From IMG/VR virus record IMGVR_UViG_3300033144_001106, positions 1-50,120 of that record: a stretch of DNA of 50,120 bases. One strand, 5' to 3'. This document shows, one piece after another, positions 9,054-19,379 of the stretch; position 1 is the stretch's first letter, and the number at the start of each line of letters is the position of its first letter. The notes under the pieces are model-generated. The model made no database searches, was not told where the DNA came from, and saw only the letters and a list, made by a program, of their open reading frames with translations. The position numbers were made by a program, and so were the translations under genes. Origin of the DNA: a virus (lineage: Duplodnaviria; Caudoviricetes).

Positions 9054-12000
9054 TGGCAGACCTAAACCCAATTCGTAGAGAAGGCCCGACTGCTGAAGAA
9101 GTAGAGGCACAAGCATTGCCTACACGAGACCCAGAGCTCGGCCCACTAGGCGGCAGGAAGCAGCGTGAGGCTGGCTTAGCTGAGCGCAGGCGCTTATATG
9201 CACCTAAGGACGAACGGACGAACCTGTATCCCCCAGAGGAAGAGGAGCAAGAGAGTGTAGCTCCCGGTATAGCATCAGACAGAGCTATGCAAGATGTCAT
9301 AGCACTAGATGTCGATGACGAGTTCAATCAACGAACTGAACAGCACATAGAGCTGGGCAATGTGGAGACACAGGCAGCTGCCTCCGTGCGAGAGATGGCT
9401 CTCGCCCAGAAGCTAGACACCAGTGGTATTGACTTCACTAACCCTGACCAGATCAAGGAGCTAGCACTCATGATTGACTGGGAGTCTCAGACCTCTAGGG
9501 GACTGCACCTTGTCTATGCTCTCTACCAAGGAAGCGGTGACTTCACCAATCAAGAGTTCGAGTCTGCAATGGGGCGTATGCCTATTGACTCAGCTCGTAT
9601 GATTAAGGAGCAACTACTGCATCAGTCTCAAGCTGCCTTCTGGGGTGACTGGAAAGACTTCATGGACTCCCAATCATTTGCCCCAGCCCCTAAAGGGCAA
9701 GAGGGAAAGATCTCCCTTGACCACTTGCGTAGCATAGCAGGCCAAGAGATCATCCCTATCTTCAACCAGATCACTCGAGCACAGGTACTACTGCCCATCC
9801 TTGACATGCTTGGCATGGACAGGCCAGAGCAGTTCTATGAGAAGCGCCCTAGTGTGCTTAAGCAGATCATAAGGGACAAGATGGTAAGTCTGCCTCAGCA
9901 CGAAAGGCTTGCAATGGCTCAGCAGATACTTAAGCACTTGCAGAAAGCAGGCAACCACCCCGTATACGGGTATGTCGTTACAAGGGCTAACCTTATAGAG
10001 CAAGCTACTGCCATCCTGACTCCGGGTGTACTGTCAGGCATAGATGCAAAGAACAATCTTGACTTCTTCTCAGGTGCCATATTCGAAGCTTTCGATACAG
10101 TAGTCGGTGCTTACATAGTAGCCGGTCTGGGCTTCAAGGCCTTAAGGGGTATGGCCGCAGGGCGGAGTACACCACAGGCCTTCTACATGGCAGCAGGTAG
10201 CTCGCGTGAGTACCCGCTTGGCAAGATATGGGAGACCTTACAGAACGATGTAGTAGCAGCTAGGTTCGGATTAGAAGCTGATGAGCTCATCCCTGCCATA
10301 CTGCCTAAGCCTAGACCTTTCGTTGATGACATAGTCAGTGCTCCTGACGGAGTGGCACAGCAGTACTTAAGGAGTGAACGACAAGCGTCAGAACTCTTAG
10401 AGTCTACAGACAAGCTGACAGGCAGATCCTTAACAAGCGTAGATAAGAAGGCTCGGATCCAAAGAGAACTGGATGAGCTAGAGTTAGCAGACGGCCATGC
10501 TGTCATGCCTAAGATGTCTACAGTAGAGATACTCCCTAATGACACTGGCTACAGGATGACCAACATCATCGGCCAGACAGGAGAAGGGGGTTGGCGTACT
10601 ATTGATGAGATGCTTAAGGACATCACTCACTGGGTTGATGACGACACGATAAAGACGTTCGACATCGTGCGGGTTCAGAAGGACGGCACCCTCAAGAGTG
10701 TCTTCAAGGACAGTGACGAGATGATACAAGCTATCTTCATGGGCTCAAGACCAGCAGGTACCTTGGGTACTACCCCTTGGAACTCTGACTTCTACCTGAG
10801 GTACGAGCAAGAGAGGTTCTGGCACCCAGCTGACAAGCTAGCACTAGACCCAAAACACATGAACAATGCAGTCCCGGCCACAGGCCGAGGCTGGACTATA
10901 CCACCTAACGTGGTATTCGGAGAGAAGTTCTACGGGGACTTCCTCGACGCTTCTCTATTCGAGCAGCAGCTTAACAGGCAGTTCAATGCCATGCTGGATC
11001 CCTACTACAAGCTAGGCGTAGCAGACACGAAGTTCGTCAACTCAGCCTTTGAGTGGGCAGAGAGCTTTGGCAAGGACTACGGTCGAGCTCCTACTATGAT
11101 TGAGATCAATGCTCACTATGGGAACATTACTCCTAAGCAGCAAGTAGGGGTAGTAGCACTGCGTGAGGCTATGGATACTCTGCACTCTGTGCTAGACCGC
11201 AGGCTGTATCGGGAGTTCAATGCTCGAGGCTTTCAGACAGCCCGATCTACCAATTCAGAGCTGGCTAGCTACCACGGTAAGGTACTGGCAGAGACCGAGA
11301 TCAAACCCGGTATGTACTACGACCCTAACCTAGAGGGTAGTGTCTCCCTTACTAAGGTTGAGATCCAAGAACTGTACCGTGACGGGGGTAAGGTAATGGA
11401 ACTGGATATGCCTATCCAAGTTCCGGGGAGGAATACTGAGAAGTATACCCGACTTATCATCAGAGACTCCTATGAGATAGGTGAACTCAGTCTCAATCCC
11501 TTGCACTACACCCCCGGCTATACGTTCAGGTTCCCGGCTGACCCGTACTACGTCATTAAGAAGCAGTCCGGAGTCACCATCAACGGCAAGCCAGCTGTAG
11601 GAGCAATGGGTGTCAACGAAGAAGCTGTCTGGTTAGCCAGTACACTCCAAGAAGGCAACCGTAAGATTGCCCGTATCAAGCCAGTACCCGGTGTTGAGTG
11701 GGAAGTACGGCGTGGCAAGGACATTCAAGTTACAGAGTCCACCCTATTCCAGAAGCAAGTACTCAACAGAGAAGGACGTATGTTCTGGGACAACAGGGCA
11801 GACACAGTACTGCCTAATGTCAACGGTAGTACAGCTCAACTAGAGGATCCTATCAAGTCTATGGAGCGTGGCATCGGCCTAGCTGCTAGACAGTCAACAC
11901 ATGAGGACTTGCTTAAGTCCTACAAGGGGGCATTCGAGTCCACATACCAAGACATAGTCCAGCCGGGGATATTCCGGACGAATACACTGGATGAGATAGC

Positions 12001-13969
12001 ATCTAAGCTAGGAAGAGACGCGAAGAACACGACAGATGTCGTAAAGAAACGCAGGATCCTAGATGCTAAGGAGATCATAGAGTACTTCAGGCTAGTAGAA
12101 GGCACTGAGTCAGCAGCAATCCCCTTCCTACGAGAGAAGACTCTCAGCATAGCCACTGGTCTTACCCGTATGGCTGACGGCATACTGCCGTGGCAAGTGA
12201 ATGGCTCCAGAGCTCTAGAGAAATACTTGATGCAGATGGATCCGTTCCGGACTATGACCAGCATAGCGTTCAAGGCCTTCATGGTACTGCGCCCAGCACG
12301 GCAAGCACTCATGCAGAGTGCCCAGATTGGGTACTTAGCTCCTCTTGCGCCGGTCTATGTCGGCACTGGTGCTATCTTTAGGGATGCTATTGGCCTGAGA
12401 GCAGGCTTGACAGCCTTGCTGAAGTCCGGATACGAGCCACTACTGTCTAATGCCAAGATGGCGAAGTTCATGGGGCTGAGCCAGAAGGAATACAGGCATC
12501 TGATCAAGCAGTTCAATAGATCTGGCATCGTTGACATAGTAAGTGCCCACTCCTTTGCGGGTGGATCCACCAAGATGAACAAGATCAAGCTCCCTGATAG
12601 TCCGGTGGGCATGATTGGTTACCGAGGTAAGCAAGCAGGCACAGCTGTAATGAACTGGGCACAGAAATGGGGGTTCGACTTCGGAGAGAAGAACAACCTT
12701 ACCTTCACTTGGGGCTTAGCCCTGAACCAGCACATGCAAGCCAAGGGCTATAAGAGCCTGTTGCAGCTCTCAGACGCTGAGTGGCAGCAAGTAACCCGTA
12801 CAGCCAGTAACCTAGGCCTCGGTATGGTTCGAGCCAACAACCTGAAGTACCAGTCTGGAGCTCTGAAGGTAGGAACACAGTTCCTTTCCTTCTCGCACAA
12901 GGCAGCCTTAGGCATGATGGCTCTGAATCCTAATATCAATGGGAAGCAAGCACTAGCGATTGTAGCTGGCACCCTGATACTCTACGGTGGTAACCAATTC
13001 GGTGCTAAAGACTGGGTAGCCCAGCAGCTTACTAACATGGGCGTGTCTGATCAACCCATTCCCGGTACGAAGATCACCCTTGTTGACCTAATCTCAGCAG
13101 GTGTGATAGATTCGTCTTATAATGCCATTATGGATCTCACAAATGATGAGCGCAAGGCACTAGATCTGTCATTCTTAGCCCCCGGCATAGATCTACAGCG
13201 TCTATATGAGTCACAGATCACTCTGATAGCGTCCCAGCCACAGAAAGCGGCTTTTGGGCCGTTCGGTAGCCTAGTATCTAAGGTACTTATGGGGCAGAGC
13301 TTTGCTGACTGGGTGATGAGAGGGGCTCCGGACATGCCAGAGGTGGACAAGTTCGTAATGACAGCAGATGCTATGCTGACTGGGGCTATACCACAGTATA
13401 GCAACGGAGTACAGGTGTACTTAGGGGCTAAGATGAGCAGGCAGTTCTCTAGTATGAATGAGCCTAAGCCTTTTCGTCCTACTTGGGAGGCTCTGATAGC
13501 TAAGGGGCTATTCGGAGTACAAACTAAGGAAGAGATTGCTTACTACGCCTTGCAACAGGCCGTATATGACAGTAATGACGAAGTCGATGGCATCATACGT
13601 GAGAATAAGGATCATTTCAAGCGCCTGATCCAGAGATGGAGAGATGGTGCCATGACAGCAGAAGATGTGATGCTCAATGTACAGATGATCTCGAATCTTT
13701 GGGAAGATTTCCCAGAAGCTAGGCGTATGGAGATCCTACAACGGTCTCTTATAGAGCCGTTCAACAACGGACAGCCAAGCATAGCTAAGATCCTGTCTGA
13801 ATGGATGGCAGAGGGCAGTATTGGCCCTCAACACGAGGCACTAATAGACCAGCTGGTAGAGCTTACGCCTGAACAGCGTGAGAACCTCAAGTCACTGCTC
13901 AGGGACACCCACGAGCGTCGGCTTGACGAAGATAAACAAGCACACGAACTAACAAAAGAGAATAGATAA
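9053..13969 (+). CDS. Large internal virion (DNA ejection) protein
   Basis: 1638 aa largely helical ORF in the internal-virion position; no RNAP motifs recognised. Confidence 0.7.
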   Translation: MADLNPIRREGPTAEEVEAQALPTRDPELGPLGGRKQREAGLAERRRLYAPKDERTNLYPPEEEEQESVAPGIASDRAMQDVIALDVDDEFNQRTEQHIELGNVETQAAASVREMALAQKLDTSGIDFTNPDQIKELALMIDWESQTSRGLHLVYALYQGSGDFTNQEFESAMGRMPIDSARMIKEQLLHQSQAAFWGDWKDFMDSQSFAPAPKGQEGKISLDHLRSIAGQEIIPIFNQITRAQVLLPILDMLGMDRPEQFYEKRPSVLKQIIRDKMVSLPQHERLAMAQQILKHLQKAGNHPVYGYVVTRANLIEQATAILTPGVLSGIDAKNNLDFFSGAIFEAFDTVVGAYIVAGLGFKALRGMAAGRSTPQAFYMAAGSSREYPLGKIWETLQNDVVAARFGLEADELIPAILPKPRPFVDDIVSAPDGVAQQYLRSERQASELLESTDKLTGRSLTSVDKKARIQRELDELELADGHAVMPKMSTVEILPNDTGYRMTNIIGQTGEGGWRTIDEMLKDITHWVDDDTIKTFDIVRVQKDGTLKSVFKDSDEMIQAIFMGSRPAGTLGTTPWNSDFYLRYEQERFWHPADKLALDPKHMNNAVPATGRGWTIPPNVVFGEKFYGDFLDASLFEQQLNRQFNAMLDPYYKLGVADTKFVNSAFEWAESFGKDYGRAPTMIEINAHYGNITPKQQVGVVALREAMDTLHSVLDRRLYREFNARGFQTARSTNSELASYHGKVLAETEIKPGMYYDPNLEGSVSLTKVEIQELYRDGGKVMELDMPIQVPGRNTEKYTRLIIRDSYEIGELSLNPLHYTPGYTFRFPADPYYVIKKQSGVTINGKPAVGAMGVNEEAVWLASTLQEGNRKIARIKPVPGVEWEVRRGKDIQVTESTLFQKQVLNREGRMFWDNRADTVLPNVNGSTAQLEDPIKSMERGIGLAARQSTHEDLLKSYKGAFESTYQDIVQPGIFRTNTLDEIASKLGRDAKNTTDVVKKRRILDAKEIIEYFRLVEGTESAAIPFLREKTLSIATGLTRMADGILPWQVNGSRALEKYLMQMDPFRTMTSIAFKAFMVLRPARQALMQSAQIGYLAPLAPVYVGTGAIFRDAIGLRAGLTALLKSGYEPLLSNAKMAKFMGLSQKEYRHLIKQFNRSGIVDIVSAHSFAGGSTKMNKIKLPDSPVGMIGYRGKQAGTAVMNWAQKWGFDFGEKNNLTFTWGLALNQHMQAKGYKSLLQLSDAEWQQVTRTASNLGLGMVRANNLKYQSGALKVGTQFLSFSHKAALGMMALNPNINGKQALAIVAGTLILYGGNQFGAKDWVAQQLTNMGVSDQPIPGTKITLVDLISAGVIDSSYNAIMDLTNDERKALDLSFLAPGIDLQRLYESQITLIASQPQKAAFGPFGSLVSKVLMGQSFADWVMRGAPDMPEVDKFVMTADAMLTGAIPQYSNGVQVYLGAKMSRQFSSMNEPKPFRPTWEALIAKGLFGVQTKEEIAYYALQQAVYDSNDEVDGIIRENKDHFKRLIQRWRDGAMTAEDVMLNVQMISNLWEDFPEARRMEILQRSLIEPFNNGQPSIAKILSEWMAEGSIGPQHEALIDQLVELTPEQRENLKSLLRDTHERRLDEDKQAHELTKENR

Positions 13970-16014
13970 TGGCAGACTTAGGAAACATTCAAGTATTGAC
14001 CTCAGACCCACAAAGAGCAGCTATTGATCGAGCTAATAGGGGACTAGTCGCAGGACTAGATAACTTGAGCGGCGTTGTACAGCGGAAGGTAGAGAGGGAT
14101 GTCTTAGGTGAGCTAGGAGGTCGCCTAGAAGAGGATGTAGCCTCCACTACAGCAGGACAGCCAGAAGATCCGGCTGCTATTGACCTAGCACCACTAGGAG
14201 CTACTGAAGATCCGACTGAGGCACGGCTAGCCAGCCAAATAGCCGGATATAGGGCTACTATTGCCAGAGGCACTAGTAGCCAAGCAGCGGCAGCTGGCCT
14301 CAAGATGAAGATCAGCTTGCAAGAGATGCAAAGAGAGCACCCTGCTTTCGCAGCTCAGCTGGCAGCTAGCCACAGCAACTTCGTCTCTAAAGACCCTAGT
14401 CTAGAGGCACTACGGCTAGGTGATGTTGCCAACAGCAACTCAGGTGCTACGGCACTGGCTCAACGGAGGCTCTTAGAGATAGAAGAGGTAGGCTATCGCT
14501 CATACGAGGACGGTGGCTACGGTATTCCTAGGAATGTCCTACCCAGTGACCCTAAGTTCACTAATCTGTGGATGATGGGGCAAGAGATACAGACCCGCAA
14601 AGAGATAGGGCTACGGAGAGCAGCAGAACGCCAGAACGCAGGTGACTATGACCTAGAACATCCGGGTGCTGCTGACAGCCTACATGAAGACATGCTGGGT
14701 AAGGCCTCTCACCTACAAGCGTCCATAGAACAGTTTGGGGTACAGCTAGAAGCTGTCCTAAACGAATTCCAGAACGACAGGAACGTACAGGACTCTGATG
14801 TTGTATTTGACTGGGTCGAAGGTGGTGGCAAAGAGGCTGCATTACAGCAGATTGCACTGTCTAGGACTGCTTTAGGCACCTACCTTGACAATGTACCACT
14901 CAACCAGCGTACTAACGACCAGTTCGTAATGCTAGCAAAGATCAGAGACAACCAGTTGTTGCACATGCAAGCTCTAGAGGACGCTATTATGTCTGAAGAC
15001 GTTGATATGCTGAACAAGTGGAAGATCCAGAACGATATGCGTATACAAGAGATCCGGAATGATGACCTTGACTTTGATAACATGCTCGTATGGGTAGAGG
15101 GATCGTCGATCCTGCTTGGTGAGCAGCCGTTTAAGAGCTTGACAGGTCAAGACACTATCGTGGCTGACGAGCTAGGCAGACAGGTCAGAGCAGTCACTAC
15201 AGGCTCTCTCGCTAGAGTATATACTGACAGTGGTCGTGCTAAAGTAAACCCAGCTCAGTCTCCAGAGGAGATTGAGGCAGCACTGGAAGCCAACAGGGAG
15301 AGGACAGAGACTCCGTTCGAGAATAACCCTACCCCATCTAGAATGTCAGACGAAGAGATAGCCTCTGCAACTGAGGATAAGACAGCTGAACTCCTTGGTA
15401 TCGCGGCAGCGGGTGATGATGTTGGAACAGCCACCAGAATCATAAATGCCTCTGCTAGCAACATTGCTAGGATCAACAAGAGACCCAAACAGTTCTTCGA
15501 AGTCAGGGAGAACACTACAGATTTCATTACCCACCCCAATGTATTCAAACAGATCGAACGGCTGAGGAATGAAGGCGGTCAAGCAGTGCTTGACAACTGG
15601 GTAAAGCAAATGAGTGAGCAGCGAGCTAAGGGCTCGTCTGCTAACAGTGCTCAAGACCAGATAACTAACCAGTTAGACCAGACCGGAGCAAGGTTTAGTC
15701 TGTTGGATGGCACTACCATAGGTAAGTTAGTCATAGCTGATGCAAGCCGGTTCGAAAAGACAGGCAGGCTGGCACTAAGCATTGATGAGGGGGCTTATGC
15801 ACAGACAGGCCAATTCTCAAGCAAACACATGATCTTGCAAGAGGCCAGAGAAGCTATCCGGAACTGGGAAGAAGAGGTTCACGCTATGGCAGTGCTAGAC
15901 TATGCTAGAGGTGGGTCGGATAAGTTAGATTACAACAAGGCACAGAATGATAATGGCTACGGTGCGCTATTAAGCCATCTGAGCGATGTAGTAGGGGATG
16001 AGGAGCTAGACTAA
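13969..16014 (+). CDS. Internal virion protein
   Basis: 681 aa Ala/Gln-rich helical ORF, translationally coupled to the previous gene. Confidence 0.6.
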   Translation: MADLGNIQVLTSDPQRAAIDRANRGLVAGLDNLSGVVQRKVERDVLGELGGRLEEDVASTTAGQPEDPAAIDLAPLGATEDPTEARLASQIAGYRATIARGTSSQAAAAGLKMKISLQEMQREHPAFAAQLAASHSNFVSKDPSLEALRLGDVANSNSGATALAQRRLLEIEEVGYRSYEDGGYGIPRNVLPSDPKFTNLWMMGQEIQTRKEIGLRRAAERQNAGDYDLEHPGAADSLHEDMLGKASHLQASIEQFGVQLEAVLNEFQNDRNVQDSDVVFDWVEGGGKEAALQQIALSRTALGTYLDNVPLNQRTNDQFVMLAKIRDNQLLHMQALEDAIMSEDVDMLNKWKIQNDMRIQEIRNDDLDFDNMLVWVEGSSILLGEQPFKSLTGQDTIVADELGRQVRAVTTGSLARVYTDSGRAKVNPAQSPEEIEAALEANRERTETPFENNPTPSRMSDEEIASATEDKTAELLGIAAAGDDVGTATRIINASASNIARINKRPKQFFEVRENTTDFITHPNVFKQIERLRNEGGQAVLDNWVKQMSEQRAKGSSANSAQDQITNQLDQTGARFSLLDGTTIGKLVIADASRFEKTGRLALSIDEGAYAQTGQFSSKHMILQEAREAIRNWEEEVHAMAVLDYARGGSDKLDYNKAQNDNGYGALLSHLSDVVGDEELD

Positions 16015-17328
16015 ATGGGAATCAAGGGCATAGCAGACGCAGCAAAGGCTGCTAAGAAGGCTGCTAAGGCAACTAAGGTTGCCGATGCGGTTACTGATGT
16101 CGCTCGAGTGGGCGACCCCCTTGGCGGCGGTGGCTTTCGAGAGGCGGCTCGTCTTAGAGCAGCGGGTGAGGGTGGCTTTACCGACGAGATCGTAGAGCAA
16201 CTAGACGCAGGTGCAATAGCCGAGGAAGCTGTTATACGGGAGACCCTTACATTCGATCCTAAGATAGAGAAGATTGACTTCCGGAGGCAGACCACTAGTC
16301 CAGAGGAGTATACAAGACGGTACAATGAGCAGCTCTCAGACCCTGACTTCGCTAGCAGAGCTATATCACAAACGAACAGTAATGCTGCTAGAGAAGAAGT
16401 ATCTGCTAACATGAAGGCAGACATAGAGTTCCAGACTAAGGTCAAGTCTAAGCTCTACAAGAACCCAAGGTATCAGCAGCAAGCCGAGCTGATGACGAAG
16501 GACTCAGCCTATGGCGATAGAGTCTTCGTTAATATAGCACGACAGACTGATACTGCACTGGGTGGTACTGGGGACTTCGTCCAGTTTAGCAGACCGTACG
16601 AGCAAGGGCTCCACAGTGGCAGCAACAATGCTGCTGTCGAAGCTACTGTACGTAGTGTGAAGTTGCACAGGAAGAACCTTAAGCTAGTTGATGAGGAGAT
16701 TAGCTCACTAGCCCTAGGTACTGGAGTAGGCAATAAGGAAGCTACTAGATACTTCCAGAACTTCTTGGAGGAGTACTTCACAGTGCAGTTCGCAGAGGAT
16801 GGTGGCCGATCAGCAGCTAACACACTAGTAAAGTACCCCGCAGCTCGTGAGCTGAACGAATGGCTGGCAGAACGTGGGCTTCCAACTGAGGGAACACAAA
16901 TACTAAGTCGGTTTGCTAGTATCAATACAGCATCCTCGACACCGCACTACTTCTTAGGGAAGAACGCATTCCTCTTTCATGACATCAATGGTAACTTCCG
17001 TCCACCGGAAGTAAGAGACCAGCTGATTGAAGCCTTCCCTGCTCAGGCAGATAAGAATGCTATTGCACATGCAATGAATGCAGACCAGAGAGGAGAGAAC
17101 GTAGGGTTAGCCCTTGGTGAGTTCTTAGAGAGCAAGGGGTACGATCATGGTGCCTATATAAACGCAGCAGAGGATCATGGGACTCTCTCCATTGTCAACT
17201 GGAACAAAGACCTGATGCTGTCTCTCTATGATCCTAGACTTACGGGTGGGAATGCTACCAAGATGGGAGCAGCAGCAGCTGCCTTCTACATGTCACAGTT
17301 CGACTCAGAGGGAGAAGACGGTGCCTAG
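16015..17328 (+). CDS. Putative ejected protein with ADP-ribosyltransferase-like (ART-PolyVal-like) C-terminal domain
   Basis: GLHSG...AA, PHYFLGKNA...D.G.F, L.SKGYD...Y.N..ED.G..S pattern resembling ART domains of phage polyvalent proteins. Confidence 0.5.
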   Translation: MGIKGIADAAKAAKKAAKATKVADAVTDVARVGDPLGGGGFREAARLRAAGEGGFTDEIVEQLDAGAIAEEAVIRETLTFDPKIEKIDFRRQTTSPEEYTRRYNEQLSDPDFASRAISQTNSNAAREEVSANMKADIEFQTKVKSKLYKNPRYQQQAELMTKDSAYGDRVFVNIARQTDTALGGTGDFVQFSRPYEQGLHSGSNNAAVEATVRSVKLHRKNLKLVDEEISSLALGTGVGNKEATRYFQNFLEEYFTVQFAEDGGRSAANTLVKYPAARELNEWLAERGLPTEGTQILSRFASINTASSTPHYFLGKNAFLFHDINGNFRPPEVRDQLIEAFPAQADKNAIAHAMNADQRGENVGLALGEFLESKGYDHGAYINAAEDHGTLSIVNWNKDLMLSLYDPRLTGGNATKMGAAAAAFYMSQFDSEGEDGA

Positions 17329-17716
17329 TTTCGGGAAGATTAGTAAACAACGGATGGTTGGAGTCAGCTTAGACCTTAAGGTAATCCTAGGGGAGGCTAT
17401 TAAGCACGTTGACTTCTCTATTATCTGGGGGCACAGGGACATGGGATCACAGAACCAAGCATACAGTGACGGTATGTCCCAGAAGAGGTGGCCTGAGTCC
17501 AAGCACAACGCTTGGCCTAGCCATGCAGTAGACATAGTACCGTACCCTAATGGGTATCAGTCAACTACTGAAGAATTCTATGAAATGGCGACTTACATCT
17601 ACCAAGCTGCAAGTCGTGAAGGAATCCAAATCCGGTGGGGAGGCCACTGGAAAAACTACACTGGCAAAGGCGAACTAGATAGGGACTGGAGCCACTTCGA
17701 ATTGGTGATACAATGA
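17321..17716 (+). CDS. Endolysin, M15 family L-Ala-D-Glu peptidase
   Basis: GTG start after GGAG; GHR...Q, SKHN, HAVD, WGG.W, D..HFEL motifs. Confidence 0.9.
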   Translation: MPSFGKISKQRMVGVSLDLKVILGEAIKHVDFSIIWGHRDMGSQNQAYSDGMSQKRWPESKHNAWPSHAVDIVPYPNGYQSTTEEFYEMATYIYQAASREGIQIRWGGHWKNYTGKGELDRDWSHFELVIQ

Positions 17717-17991
17717 ATGGGAACAGAAAGGAAGCTAGCATCTTTAGCATAGGCACTGCTATTGCCCTTATAGGGATGGTAGGCACTGGTGGTGTATGGA
17801 TAGGTGCCATAGCTAGTGATGTAGACACACTCAAGGAGGAGGCAGACAAGGTGGAGCAGATTGCTGCGGAAGTCAAGGAGAATACTGAGACTCTGATAGC
17901 AGTGTCCACTACTCAGACGTACATAATCGTCGAACAAGCGAAACAAGACAAGAAACTCGATAAAATACTGGATAAACTAGAGGAACTATAA
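17713..17991 (+). CDS. Membrane-anchored coiled-coil protein (lysis-associated?)
   Basis: One N-terminal hydrophobic segment plus coiled coil; overlaps endolysin stop. Confidence 0.55.
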   Translation: MNGNRKEASIFSIGTAIALIGMVGTGGVWIGAIASDVDTLKEEADKVEQIAAEVKENTETLIAVSTTQTYIIVEQAKQDKKLDKILDKLEEL

Positions 17992-18947
17992 TGGCAAAGC
18001 TTTCACTCACCGATCTCGCAGCAGGTTATGCACTGATTAGCGTATACAACGCTAACAATGCCCTGATCGAAGCGGCAATAGAGAATACAGTGTCTAGGGA
18101 CGGTACTACTCCTAATACGATGAGTGGCGACCTTGACATGAATGGTCAAGCGATCAATAACCTAGCAGATGCGGTGGCTAATCAGTCTCCGGTCACCCTA
18201 CAACAGCTTTCAGACGCTAGTGTAGTATCGGCAGTCACTACAGCACTACTGTCAACCCTTGTGGATGCAGGTGGGTACTACACTTCCGGCAATGTGGAGG
18301 GAGCCTTAGCAGAACTGGCTGCTGTCACTAATCCGTCAGGTGCTAGCATCATAGGCATCTGGGATACAGCAGGCAACATGGCCGCAACCAATGTAGAGGA
18401 TGCACTAGCAGAGATCTACGTAGATATGGCCGCAGCTTCTACGGAACTAGGAACTGCAAACACTTGGGCTGCCGCTCAGACCTTTGATGATAACATCTTC
18501 ATCCTAGAGAGTGCAGCAGCTGATGCTGATGTCGCAGGAGATGGGCAGTTCTGGGTTAAGAACGATGCACCTAACGTGCCCATGTTCACAGATGACACTG
18601 GTGGTGATCAGCTCCTAGACCCCTCTATCTCTGAGATCAATGGTCAAGCGGCTCACTACGCTATCCTACTCAGTGACAAAGGCAAGACAATCAGATTCAC
18701 AGGAGGTACTACCTCGCAGGTGTACACGATTCCAGCTGAATCGTCAATAAACTTCCCGTTAGGTACAATGATCGGCATTGAGAATGATGGTTCAGTATCC
18801 ATGACTGTAGCCATCACTACTGATACGATGACATGGTCTAAGGACAACACGACAGGTACTAGGACGCTGGCCGCAGGCGCTACAGCAGTCATTAAGAAGG
18901 TTGCCTCTACTAAGTGGAAGATCGCTGGCTCAGTGCTGGTAACGTAG
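17991..18947 (+). CDS. Tail fibre (proximal) protein
   Basis: N..LIEAA.ENT.SRDG..PN.M..DLDMNG..I.NL anchor motif; NVEGALAEL/NVEDALAEI repeats. Confidence 0.8.
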   Translation: MAKLSLTDLAAGYALISVYNANNALIEAAIENTVSRDGTTPNTMSGDLDMNGQAINNLADAVANQSPVTLQQLSDASVVSAVTTALLSTLVDAGGYYTSGNVEGALAELAAVTNPSGASIIGIWDTAGNMAATNVEDALAEIYVDMAAASTELGTANTWAAAQTFDDNIFILESAAADADVAGDGQFWVKNDAPNVPMFTDDTGGDQLLDPSISEINGQAAHYAILLSDKGKTIRFTGGTTSQVYTIPAESSINFPLGTMIGIENDGSVSMTVAITTDTMTWSKDNTTGTRTLAAGATAVIKKVASTKWKIAGSVLVT

Positions 18948-19370
18948 ATGAGTTTACTACATCTATTATTCGCTGCCGCTGGTTCCGCAGAGACTACTAC
19001 GCTTACGGCTGGGGCGCAATCTGGCCCAAGTACAATAGGCTATGCCAACGTGACAACAGCACCAGACTTGACAGAGATGGGGACAGTAGACCCTACCACT
19101 GTAAGGGGTGCAACCATAGAGCTAATCAACGGGCATGTCTTCGATAACGATTGGTACATCGGGTTCGATGGACTACATGCTGACGATAATGCCGTCTGGA
19201 CTACATGCTCTATTCAAGGTACGTTTGTCGGTGGAGCAGACACCAAAGTGTACACTAGAGCAGATGCAGACATATACTCGCAACCGGGTGCTGCATATAC
19301 AATGTGGACTTTCTATAATGAGACTGACCACATGATTGATGCCAATGAATACACTATAACGTGGACATAG
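18948..19370 (+). CDS. Putative tail fibre-associated protein
   Basis: 140 aa Thr/Asp-rich beta ORF in fibre cluster. Confidence 0.55.
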   Translation: MSLLHLLFAAAGSAETTTLTAGAQSGPSTIGYANVTTAPDLTEMGTVDPTTVRGATIELINGHVFDNDWYIGFDGLHADDNAVWTTCSIQGTFVGGADTKVYTRADADIYSQPGAAYTMWTFYNETDHMIDANEYTITWT

Positions 19371-19379
19371 GGGAATAAG

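Noticed and set aside
9053-13969. Large virion protein as an N4-like virion RNA polymerase using the hairpins as promoters
   Set aside because: No recognisable single-subunit RNAP motifs (R...K.......YG, DxxxxG, HD). The most N4-like loops are on the coding strand of the early genes, the wrong orientation for N4-type promoters, and a host sigma70 promoter is present.
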